64,000 nucleotides of DNA from an uncultured bacterium (GTDB lineage Bacteria; Chloroflexota; UBA5177; JANWHV01): positions 352,001 to 416,000 of the forward strand of contig CAVSOU010000010.1 of NCBI GenBank assembly GCA_963729625.1, read 5' to 3'. Position numbers and translations under genes: made by a program. Of the stretch, positions 42,105 through 50,064 are shown piece after piece. Positions within the stretch are counted from its first letter, which is position 1, and each line of letters opens with the position of its first letter. The notes beneath the pieces are model-generated. The model was not told the origin of the DNA. It worked only from the letters and a program-made list of their open reading frames with translations, and did not search any database.

Positions 42105-42977
42105 TCATGGCTGCAGATGACTGCCGGTCGTCACTCCACCTCCGGCTGTGAGACGCTGTACTACTCGCTGACCTTCGATCTGCGTTCCCTCCGCAATGGA
42201 GTGGCCAAAGGCGCGCTGGAAGTATGACTCGAGTCGCTGCATAGCGACTTCCTCACTTATGGGGGCGCCTTCCGCCTCCGCCTTCCGCCGTGTGAGGTGC
42301 ATCAGCCGCGCAAGCACATCCGGGCCAAGCGCCTCGTCCAGACTCGCTACCTTGGGCCTCAAACCGGACGCCGACCGGCGTGACAACATCCCGGAGACCG
42401 CGGGCTTACCGGCGAAATCGGCATGGGGATCACTCGCAATTCCCTGGGTCGCAAGCATCGGTCCACGACTCTCCGCGCACGCCACGGTGCGTTCCTCAGG
42501 CGCGAGCGAGGGCATGAGTGCCGGCGATGGCGTATCCGGTCCGCGATTGGTGGCATCGGCCTGAAGCGTCGCTGGCACCTCGGAGCGCATCTCGACGGTC
42601 GCGTCCGGCCGATCAGCGGTTTCGTCGCCGACATCAGAGCTGCCTTCGTGCGGAAGAGTTGCCATGCCGGCATCGCGCGGCGCACGCGCGCCGTCCGTCA
42701 GGCACAGCACCTCATCCAGAACCCGCGTCTTGGCTCGCGACTCGGCCAGTGTGAGCAGGGCATAGCGGTCGTCAACGGATACCGCATCGCGACTCGCCTC
42801 ACCCACGGCTCGAAACACCAAGCCGCCTGCGGTTCTGGCCGTAGCCACCAGCACCGCGTGTTGGACATTTGCATCGTTCGGAATCTGGACAATCGTGCTG
42901 TCCAGTTCCTGAAGGCCCGAGGAGAGCGCTCTTCGCAGCAGTTCTCCATAGTCCTGCCGAGATGATCCGTTTCCCAT
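42105..42977 (-). CDS. Hypothetical protein, candidate Rad52/DdrA-like single-strand annealing protein
   Basis: Strong RBS gggaggt; N-domain with beta strands, FRAVGEAS and LAESRAKTRVL helix; low-complexity linker; small helical C-domain. Confidence 0.6.
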   Translation of the reverse strand: MGNGSSRQDYGELLRRALSSGLQELDSTIVQIPNDANVQHAVLVATARTAGGLVFRAVGEASRDAVSVDDRYALLTLAESRAKTRVLDEVLCLTDGARAPRDAGMATLPHEGSSDVGDETADRPDATVEMRSEVPATLQADATNRGPDTPSPALMPSLAPEERTVACAESRGPMLATQGIASDPHADFAGKPAVSGMLSRRSASGLRPKVASLDEALGPDVLARLMHLTRRKAEAEGAPISEEVAMQRLESYFQRAFGHSIAEGTQIEGQRVVQRLTAGGGVTTGSHLQP

Positions 42978-42994
42978 ATGCACCTCCCACGCTT

Positions 42995-43023
42995 AGAATA
43001 CTAGAACTTATATTCTAATGCAA
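42995..43023 (-). promoter_or_regulatory. Sigma70 promoter with a LexA (SOS)-box-like palindrome in the spacer
   Basis: Minus strand TTGCAT-TAGAATATAAGTTCTAG-TATTCT (17-bp spacer); box GAAC-TTAT-ATTC at 43004-43015. Confidence 0.7.
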
Positions 43024-43288
43024 GGCAGTACAAGCCTAGAGTTTGCAACAGGTCCTCCCCACACCGCCGGCGAGGACGGCGGCTCGTCGTGATACCATTT
43101 GGTGGCAGCGAATACCCGTCGCGATGACCCAGCGGTTGACAGGTGATGCCGCATCCTGATCGCGCAGCACCGGCCGTCCGTGCGCGTATTGAGCAGGCAG
43201 GGCACGCCAGTCGTGCACCCGGGCGCGGTCGGACCCGCAATGTCAAGAAGGAGCAAATCCAACGGCTTGCATCGCTCTGGATCTGCGA

Positions 43289-44371
43289 GTGACACAGGGA
43301 GGCTATCCGGGCATCGGAAGAGCCACCGAGGGGCTGGCGCGTCACATGCTGGGCATGGATATTCCGCATGCGCTCACCTGCATTGTTCGCGCCGGCCGGC
43401 CGGCGCCCCAATGGCTGGCGCAGCGTATCCGCAGGCCGCATCGCATACTGTACGTCGACGCCGGACTGAGGTCGCCGAGGGATCAGGTCGTGCTGCGGCT
43501 GAGGTTGCGACCGGCTCGCGTCGACCTGTACCACGCACCGTACTATGGCATGGCGATCTGCCCAGGTGTGCCGTACGTGGTGGCACTCCACGACACAATC
43601 CCGGCACGATTTCCAGAGTACTGGCCGGCATTTCAGGCGCGGGTAATTCGAAGCTGGCAGAAACGCGTGCTGACCCACGCCAGCTGCGTGATCACCGGCT
43701 CACACGCTGCTGTCGACGATATCGCCGAGGTCTACGGCGTCTCCGCGAGCAAGATCGTCGTGAGCCCGTGGGGCGCGGTGGAATGGATGGCGGAGGCGCG
43801 ACCGCATGACACGCAGCTCGGGCCGTACCTGCTGTGCGTGTGCACCAACAAGCCACACAAGAACCTGGTTCGACTTATACACGCGTACCGCACCGTATCG
43901 GCGGCTCAGGAACACTTTCCCGACCTCGTCATCGCAGGCGGATGGAGCGATAGGTATCCCGAGACCGCGGCGGCTTTGGCCACTGCGAACGCAGCTGGAT
44001 CAGGTGGTACGGTGCACTCGGTTCGTAGCCCCGATGACGGCCATCTTCGCTATCTCTACGAGCACGCGCTGGCCTTCGTGTTCCCCAGCCTGTATGAGGG
44101 CTTCGGTCTGCCCGTGCTCGAGGCAATGCAAGCCGGGCTGCCAGTGGCCGCGTCGACCGCGGCAGCGGTGGCCGAGGTCTGCGGCGGGTCGGCCCTCATG
44201 TTTGATCCGCTGGACACCGCGTCGATGGCCGGCGCGATACATCGGATCGCGACGGACTCGGATCTGCGTGACAACCTTCGCGCCGCTGGCGCCGAGCGCT
44301 TGAAGGCGTTCACCTGGCAAAAGACGGTCGCGCAGACCCTCCGCGCCTACGAGGTGGCGCTTGGCACGTAG
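43289..44371 (+). CDS. Glycosyltransferase family 4 (MtfB-like), 5' end defective
   Basis: YPGIGR, LHDTIP, KPHKN and YEGFGLPVLEAM; in-frame upstream IALDLR lacks a standard start codon. Confidence 0.9.
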   Translation: MTQGGYPGIGRATEGLARHMLGMDIPHALTCIVRAGRPAPQWLAQRIRRPHRILYVDAGLRSPRDQVVLRLRLRPARVDLYHAPYYGMAICPGVPYVVALHDTIPARFPEYWPAFQARVIRSWQKRVLTHASCVITGSHAAVDDIAEVYGVSASKIVVSPWGAVEWMAEARPHDTQLGPYLLCVCTNKPHKNLVRLIHAYRTVSAAQEHFPDLVIAGGWSDRYPETAAALATANAAGSGGTVHSVRSPDDGHLRYLYEHALAFVFPSLYEGFGLPVLEAMQAGLPVAASTAAAVAEVCGGSALMFDPLDTASMAGAIHRIATDSDLRDNLRAAGAERLKAFTWQKTVAQTLRAYEVALGT

Positions 44372-44440
44372 CTCTACCCCGCATCGGGATCCGGGATATG
44401 AAAGGGGGGCCCAGCAACGGCAAATACTCGCATAAGAATC

Positions 44441-45517
44441 GTGCACGTTTATAAGGACATTTTTCCGGTACTGGGCGGCATGGAGAATCACATTCGCCTC
44501 CTTTGCCGTGAATTGGCCAGGAACCGCGACCTCGACGTCAGGATTCTCGTCACAAACACGGGTAGACGCTCGGAAGCCGGAAGCCTGGATGGCGTTCCGG
44601 TGGTGCGCGCCGGCCGCATCGCCACAATCGCGTCGACCCCGATTAGTGTTCGACTGCCAATCGAGCTGCGTCGGATCCGCCCAGACATTGTCCACCTGCA
44701 TTCGCCGTATCCGGTCGGAGAGGTCGCGGCATTGGCTGCAACGCCGCATGTTCCCACGGTGATCACGTATCAAAGCGACGTGGTGAGGCAGCGAGCCCTG
44801 CTCAAGCTCTACGGGCCGATCCTCAAGCACGTGCTGCGAAGGGCATCGCGCATACTTGTGACAAGCGTTCCCTATCTCGAGAGCTCACCCTGGCTGCAGC
44901 CGGTGCGTGATCACTGCCAGATTGTGCCCCTCGGAATCGACCTCGATCCGTTCACGCGGGTGCTTCCGCGCGGCGACGGCCGGACTCTGCTGTTCGTGGG
45001 CAGATTCCGGTACTACAAGGGCCTGCAATACTTGATCGAGGCAATGCCGTCGATAGTCGATGCACGTCTGCTGCTCGTGGGAACCGGGCCAATGGAGCCA
45101 CAGCTCCGTGCGCAGGTCCAAAAGCTCGGGCTCGAGCGCCGTGTCGAGTTCATACCGGGCGTGCCGGACGAAGCGCTGCCGGAATATTACGCGAAAGCTG
45201 ACATATTTGTACTTCCCGCATGCGAACGAAGCGAGGCATTTGGCCTGGTCCTTGTCGAGGCCTGCGCTTCTGGACTTCCCTGCGTAAGCACTGAGCTGGG
45301 GACGGGCACGAGTTATGTGAACCTGAGCGGCCAGACGGGATTGGTCGTGCCGCCTGCCCAGGCCTCACCGCTGGCCGAAGCGTGCAACAGATTGCTTGCC
45401 GACGAGCGTTTGCGCCGCGAGTATGGCCTGCAGGCGCGCCGTCGGGCCATCGCCGAGTTTGACATCAAGCGCGTTGCCGCGGAGGTCACAAAGGTCTATC
45501 GCGAGATAGTATCGTAG
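44441..45517 (+). CDS. Glycosyltransferase family 4 (WfcD-like), 5' end defective
   Basis: HVYKD..P..GGME, FVGRFRYYKG and EAFGLVLVEA; RIRIV precedes the GTG in frame. Confidence 0.92.
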   Translation: MHVYKDIFPVLGGMENHIRLLCRELARNRDLDVRILVTNTGRRSEAGSLDGVPVVRAGRIATIASTPISVRLPIELRRIRPDIVHLHSPYPVGEVAALAATPHVPTVITYQSDVVRQRALLKLYGPILKHVLRRASRILVTSVPYLESSPWLQPVRDHCQIVPLGIDLDPFTRVLPRGDGRTLLFVGRFRYYKGLQYLIEAMPSIVDARLLLVGTGPMEPQLRAQVQKLGLERRVEFIPGVPDEALPEYYAKADIFVLPACERSEAFGLVLVEACASGLPCVSTELGTGTSYVNLSGQTGLVVPPAQASPLAEACNRLLADERLRREYGLQARRRAIAEFDIKRVAAEVTKVYREIVS

Positions 45518-45700
45518 TGGTTGCAAGCCATTTGGCCTGAGGATGGCCCCTCGGCCACGGAGGACGGGTGGGACCACCAACCGCATGGGGTACGCAGCCC
45601 ATCAACCTCGACCGGCCAATCGGCGCACCATTGTCTCGCAAGGCCATGGCTCGCGGACCACGACAACGCGATGCATTGCCGGGCAGATTCGTTTGGCTGC

Positions 45701-46855
45701 CTACCGTTGCAGCAGCGTACCCGCGACCGTCGCTTCGACCAGACCACGCACGACATCGTCAGGCACGTCGTCACGGATGGACACGTGCCCGGGCTCATGT
45801 TCGGGGAGAATCCAACGAACGCGCCCCGCCTTGACCTTCTTGTCGACTGTGAGCCGGCGGTAGGTGTCGGCGGCCGACAATCGCGGAAGCGGTCGCAGCA
45901 GTCCAAGATCCGACAGCACGCGGTCCTGGCGCCGTACGAACGTGGCGTCTGAAAGGCCGAGTACCGATGCCGCGCGCGCTTCCATCGCCATGCCCCAGGC
46001 AACCGCCTCGCCATGACGCAGGCCGCGATATCCGGCCTCGGCCTCCAGCGCGTGACCGAGCGTATGCCCGTAGTTCAGGTGCATGCGGACGCCACCCTCC
46101 CGTTCATCCTCCTCGACGATACGCGCCTTGACCTGAATGGCCTGAGCAAGAATGGGCCCAACATCGACGGATCGCGTCCTCCATTCGACGGGATTGGCTT
46201 CGAGCCACTCGAACAGAGCCCGATTCGCGATGATTCCATGCTTCACGACCTCCGCAGTGCCTGACACCCACTCGCTGTCTGGTAAGGTCGCGAGCAGTGT
46301 GTAGTCGATTATCACGCGTTCCGGATGTTTGAACGCGCCAGCCAGGTTCTTCCCTTCAGGCAGATCAACGCCTACTTTGCCGCCGATACTGCTGTCGACC
46401 TGAGAGACTACTGTCGTCGGAACCTGGACTAGCCGGATTCCGCGCATGTAGCTGGCAGCAACATAGCCGAACAGGTCGCCGGGAACCCCTCCGCCCAGCG
46501 CAACCATGACGTCGTGGCGATCGATACCGTGCAGCGCCAAACGGCCCAGGGCGTACCCGACATTGGCAAGCGTCTTCTGGTCCTCTCCGGCAGGGATGCG
46601 GACGGCGAGACAGTCGAAGCCTTCGTCTCGAAGAACCTGCAGCAGCCCCAATCCGGCAATCTCGAAAACGTTGTCGTCAGTGCCGACGACCACGCGCTTG
46701 GGCGGGCCGCCGGGCAGCGTGCGCAATAGCGTGCCCACGGCATTGAACAGCGGGAGACCCTCGAACACCTCGGAACTCACGCTCAACTGGTAATTCAGCC
46801 GGAAACTTGGCAGGATGTTGCCTGTCACCCCAGTGCCGGAACGGTCACGACTCAT
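45701..46855 (-). CDS. aroB: 3-dehydroquinate synthase
   Basis: GEDQK, GGGVPGD, QVDSSIGGK, NYGHTLGHALE and HGEAVAWGM. Confidence 0.96.
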   Translation of the reverse strand: MSRDRSGTGVTGNILPSFRLNYQLSVSSEVFEGLPLFNAVGTLLRTLPGGPPKRVVVGTDDNVFEIAGLGLLQVLRDEGFDCLAVRIPAGEDQKTLANVGYALGRLALHGIDRHDVMVALGGGVPGDLFGYVAASYMRGIRLVQVPTTVVSQVDSSIGGKVGVDLPEGKNLAGAFKHPERVIIDYTLLATLPDSEWVSGTAEVVKHGIIANRALFEWLEANPVEWRTRSVDVGPILAQAIQVKARIVEEDEREGGVRMHLNYGHTLGHALEAEAGYRGLRHGEAVAWGMAMEARAASVLGLSDATFVRRQDRVLSDLGLLRPLPRLSAADTYRRLTVDKKVKAGRVRWILPEHEPGHVSIRDDVPDDVVRGLVEATVAGTLLQR

Positions 46856-47402
46856 CAACATTCCTTTCTGATGCGAACCACGCGCGATAGATGCGGGCGA
46901 GGTCCGCTGCAATGCTTCGCGAGCCAGGAGGCGCTTCCTCGGGCACCGCGCAGCGCACGTGCGACGTCGCGCGATACAGCGCTCGTCGCTCCACGTTGAG
47001 GCGTTCAAGCCGCATGAACAGGTTGTCGGCGCGCAACAACGGTCGCTCCTCGCCCTGCGTGTGACCGCTCAGGCGTTTCACAAGTATGTGCGTTGAGACG
47101 TCGAGCCACACGACAAGATTTCCGGAGCGCATAGCAACGCGGTTTTCCGCGCGAAGCACGGCGCCCCCACCGGTCGCCACTATCACATTCCGCGCGCAGG
47201 CCTCCCGTACGACCGCGGTTTCTTGCCGCCTGAACTCGTCTTCGCCCAGTTGGCTGAATATTGCCGCGATCGGCATACCCGCAAGTGCTTCAACCTGCCT
47301 ATCCGTGTCCACGAACGGCAGCCTCAATCGCGAGGCGACCAGCCGCCCAACCGTGCTCTTCCCGCTGCCGCTCAAGCCAATCAGCACGAGCGCGCGACTC
47401 AC
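46845..47402 (-). CDS. aroK: Shikimate kinase
   Basis: P-loop GLSGSGKST, DTD, GE..FR..E, ATGGG and RPLL. Confidence 0.95.
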   Translation of the reverse strand: MSRALVLIGLSGSGKSTVGRLVASRLRLPFVDTDRQVEALAGMPIAAIFSQLGEDEFRRQETAVVREACARNVIVATGGGAVLRAENRVAMRSGNLVVWLDVSTHILVKRLSGHTQGEERPLLRADNLFMRLERLNVERRALYRATSHVRCAVPEEAPPGSRSIAADLARIYRAWFASERNVDES

Positions 47403-48289
47403 TCGATGGGCCTATGACTGAAGCGGTCGGCCGGCGACGTCGCAGCGCGATCACGAAGCGCGCGCAGCGCCGCGTCATACATCACGGCTGCCGGCGGATT
47501 TGTGCCCGTCCAAAGGGCGAACGCCGAGGCGGCCTGGAAGACAAGCATCCACAAGCCGTCCTCCGCCAGCATGCCGAGAGAACGCGCCTGGCGCACGAGC
47601 GGCGTGGCATCGGGTCCGTAGACCAGGTCGAAAACCCGGGCGGTTGGGGCGAGCGCGGCCGCGGAAACAGGCGCGCTGACCGTATCTAGGCCGATACTTG
47701 TCGCGTTGACGAGCAGAGTGCACTGGGCAAGCGCGGCATCGAGGTCGGTGACTGCAGTAAGCGTCGCGCCAGCGCCGGGCGACAGCGCGGCAAGTTCATC
47801 GAGCAGTCTGCGCCCGCGCCGTTCAGTTCGGTTCCAGACAGCAAGCGAACGAACTCCGGCGTCAACGAGACCGACCGCTACAGCGCGCGAAGCGCCGCCG
47901 GCGCCTAACAGCACTACCCGGTCAGCCTCTGGACGGAACCCGAGGCTTTCCCGCAGGCAGCGCACAACTGCCGGCGCGTCGGTGTTGTCTCCGACGAGCC
48001 GGCTCCCCACCTTGTACACGGTGTTCACGGCGCCGATGCGCTTGGCCAGGGGCGAGACCGAGTCGACGAGTCCTACCATCGCCGTCTTGTGGGGAAGCGT
48101 TATGTTGGCGCCGAGAAACTCGGCGCCGCGGAGTTCGCAAACCGCGTCAGGAAGCTGGCCGGCGCTTACTTGCTGGGTCGCATATTCCAAATGAATGCCC
48201 AGTGCATCGGCTGCGGCATGATGCATGTCCGGGGACACACTGTGCCCCACGGGACAACCAAATAGCCTCACTTTGAACGGCTGCGTCAT
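47399..48289 (-). CDS. aroE: Shikimate dehydrogenase
   Basis: HSVSP.MH, GANITLPHK, GAVNT, NTD, GAGGAS and DG..ML..QA. Confidence 0.96.
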   Translation of the reverse strand: MTQPFKVRLFGCPVGHSVSPDMHHAAADALGIHLEYATQQVSAGQLPDAVCELRGAEFLGANITLPHKTAMVGLVDSVSPLAKRIGAVNTVYKVGSRLVGDNTDAPAVVRCLRESLGFRPEADRVVLLGAGGASRAVAVGLVDAGVRSLAVWNRTERRGRRLLDELAALSPGAGATLTAVTDLDAALAQCTLLVNATSIGLDTVSAPVSAAALAPTARVFDLVYGPDATPLVRQARSLGMLAEDGLWMLVFQAASAFALWTGTNPPAAVMYDAALRALRDRAATSPADRFSHRPIE

Positions 48290-48424
48290 GTCGTCACGAT
48301 ATGCCGCGTCCTTCTGTCGCCTGCCGCGTGACATGTGGGCCGCAACGCCGATCGGATCCGGAGCGGCTTCATCCGGTCATCTCGGCGATGATCTCTGAGA
48401 TCATACCGCACGATTGAGCAGGCA

Positions 48425-48475
48425 AGGAGTCTCAGCCTTGTTCAGGGACTGCGCCCTGAACAAGGCTAGACTCCT
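48425..48475. repeat. 22-bp-stem inverted repeat
   Basis: AGGAGTCT(C)AGCCTTGTTCAGGG-ACTGCG-CCCTGAACAAGGCT-AGACTCCT; one bulged C. Confidence 0.9.
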
Positions 48476-48780
48476 GACGGAGCAACAAAGATCGACATCA
48501 CTATGTCGATGTGGGCGCCGCAAGCGCGTTGGAACCGCGACGCAGGCAACCTCGAGTACCCCAGCGCTACCGCAACCAACCGCTCTCTCGATGTGCATTC
48601 AGGAAGCGTATCGAGCGACCGCACGATCGCTGAACGCACTATCCAGACGGCGATTCCCCTGAAGGAGGTATCGAGTCAGTTACACGGTCGAGTGATGTGC
48701 GGGCACTGCGGCCGTGATAGAACTGTGGTAAGCGCAGGGATGTGCGACGACGAATTCCGAAAGTCAGATAGATGGTAAGC

Positions 48781-49029
48781 ATGGCTGCCAACAACAACGA
48801 CGTGGCGCAACTGGTCGAGGGACCTGGAATTGCGGACATCTTTCGCAGGCTGAGCGAAGGCATCGATGATATGAGCTGGCGACAACACGCCGTCACTCTG
48901 CGCGCCCTCGGCTTCGGCGTATTTGACCTGCGCATCGCGGGCGAAGGCGATGTCGAAGTCATCAGCCCTGACTGCCTGAACTGGTGGCAGTTGCGCGTCG
49001 ACAACGACGGCTTCTGGCGTCTTCACTAA
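48781..49029 (+). CDS. Small hypothetical protein (82 aa)
   Basis: Protein-like composition and GC-rich third positions; convergent with the next gene; no recognised motif. Confidence 0.5.
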   Translation: MAANNNDVAQLVEGPGIADIFRRLSEGIDDMSWRQHAVTLRALGFGVFDLRIAGEGDVEVISPDCLNWWQLRVDNDGFWRLH

Positions 49030-49084
49030 CCGGGACTGCTCGCACGCCTCCTTCTACGGTCTGGCCCGCAGGGACACTCGCGGA

Positions 49085-49843
49085 TCAGACGTTGCGCGAC
49101 AGAAAATCGAGGATGACCGGCCCAACCAGATCTCGATGCGTGAACTGGACGGTTCGACCGGCGTTATTTACGACCAGCATCTCCGCACGGGGAATAGCTC
49201 GTCGCATCTCCACGACCTGTTCGATCGTCGCCATAGGGTCGTTCTCGCCGGCAATCAGCAGCGTCGGCACGGCGACCCGTTCAAGTTCGCCAAGGCCAAG
49301 GCCGGAGCCGCGCAGCGCGCTCTCGTTCACCTGTTTCTCAAGCAGCCGCCAGTAACCGGGCCATTTGTTCGTGTCGTGCAATTGCACCATCTCGGTCACC
49401 CACGCCGGTTGCGATCGCTCGATCGCGTCCGGCGTCTCGCGTTCGAGCATTTCCCGCCCTTTGTCGTCAACGGTGTAGTTCGTACCGGAGCAGATGAGAG
49501 AACGCACCAGGTCAGGAGAAAACAGCGCAAGGTGGAGGGCGACGATGCCACCATCGCCGATTCCCGCGCAGTGTACTGGGCCGCAGTCCAGCCGGCCGAC
49601 GAACGTCCGCACGTCGTCCGCGAGTAGGGGATAGGACAAGTCCCTGCGGGGATTATTCGTTCTCCCGTGGCCGCGAAGCTCGACGAAAATCGCGCGAAAT
49701 GGCTTCGCCAGCTGCGGTCGGAGTCGTCCCCAGCCACGCTGGCCATCAATCGCTCCCGTCCCTCCGTGAAGCAGCAGAAGCGGCGCGCCTGAACCCGCTT
49801 CCTCGAAGTACATTTGAATGTCGTTCACGTTTTGATATGGCAC
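49085..49843 (-). CDS. Alpha/beta-hydrolase-fold protein lacking catalytic Ser and His
   Basis: G.G.PLLLLHGG, ELRGHGRT and PTLLIAGENDP; nucleophile elbow reads GIGDG and His loop reads AGR. Confidence 0.88.
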   Translation of the reverse strand: MPYQNVNDIQMYFEEAGSGAPLLLLHGGTGAIDGQRGWGRLRPQLAKPFRAIFVELRGHGRTNNPRRDLSYPLLADDVRTFVGRLDCGPVHCAGIGDGGIVALHLALFSPDLVRSLICSGTNYTVDDKGREMLERETPDAIERSQPAWVTEMVQLHDTNKWPGYWRLLEKQVNESALRGSGLGLGELERVAVPTLLIAGENDPMATIEQVVEMRRAIPRAEMLVVNNAGRTVQFTHRDLVGPVILDFLSRNV

Positions 49844-50064
49844 CGTACGCCTCCACGCGCCGAATCGCCAAGAAGGATATCTGAAGTAGTACGCCGATTC
49901 GTATGATACGCGTTGATGTCAGGTGGTGGGGTTCAGTCCGCTTCGCCATCAGCATGAGATCGCGCCCGGCTTGACCGATCGCGTGACACGTTGGAGCGGC
50001 TCAAGTACGTCCTGGCAGTCTCGCGGCCCCGGAATGGGGGACGGTTCCATGTACACACAGGTGT

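Noticed and set aside
48503-48778. 91-aa ORF with a CGHC motif
   Set aside because: Single CxxC, no RBS, starts inside a palindrome, composition not convincingly coding
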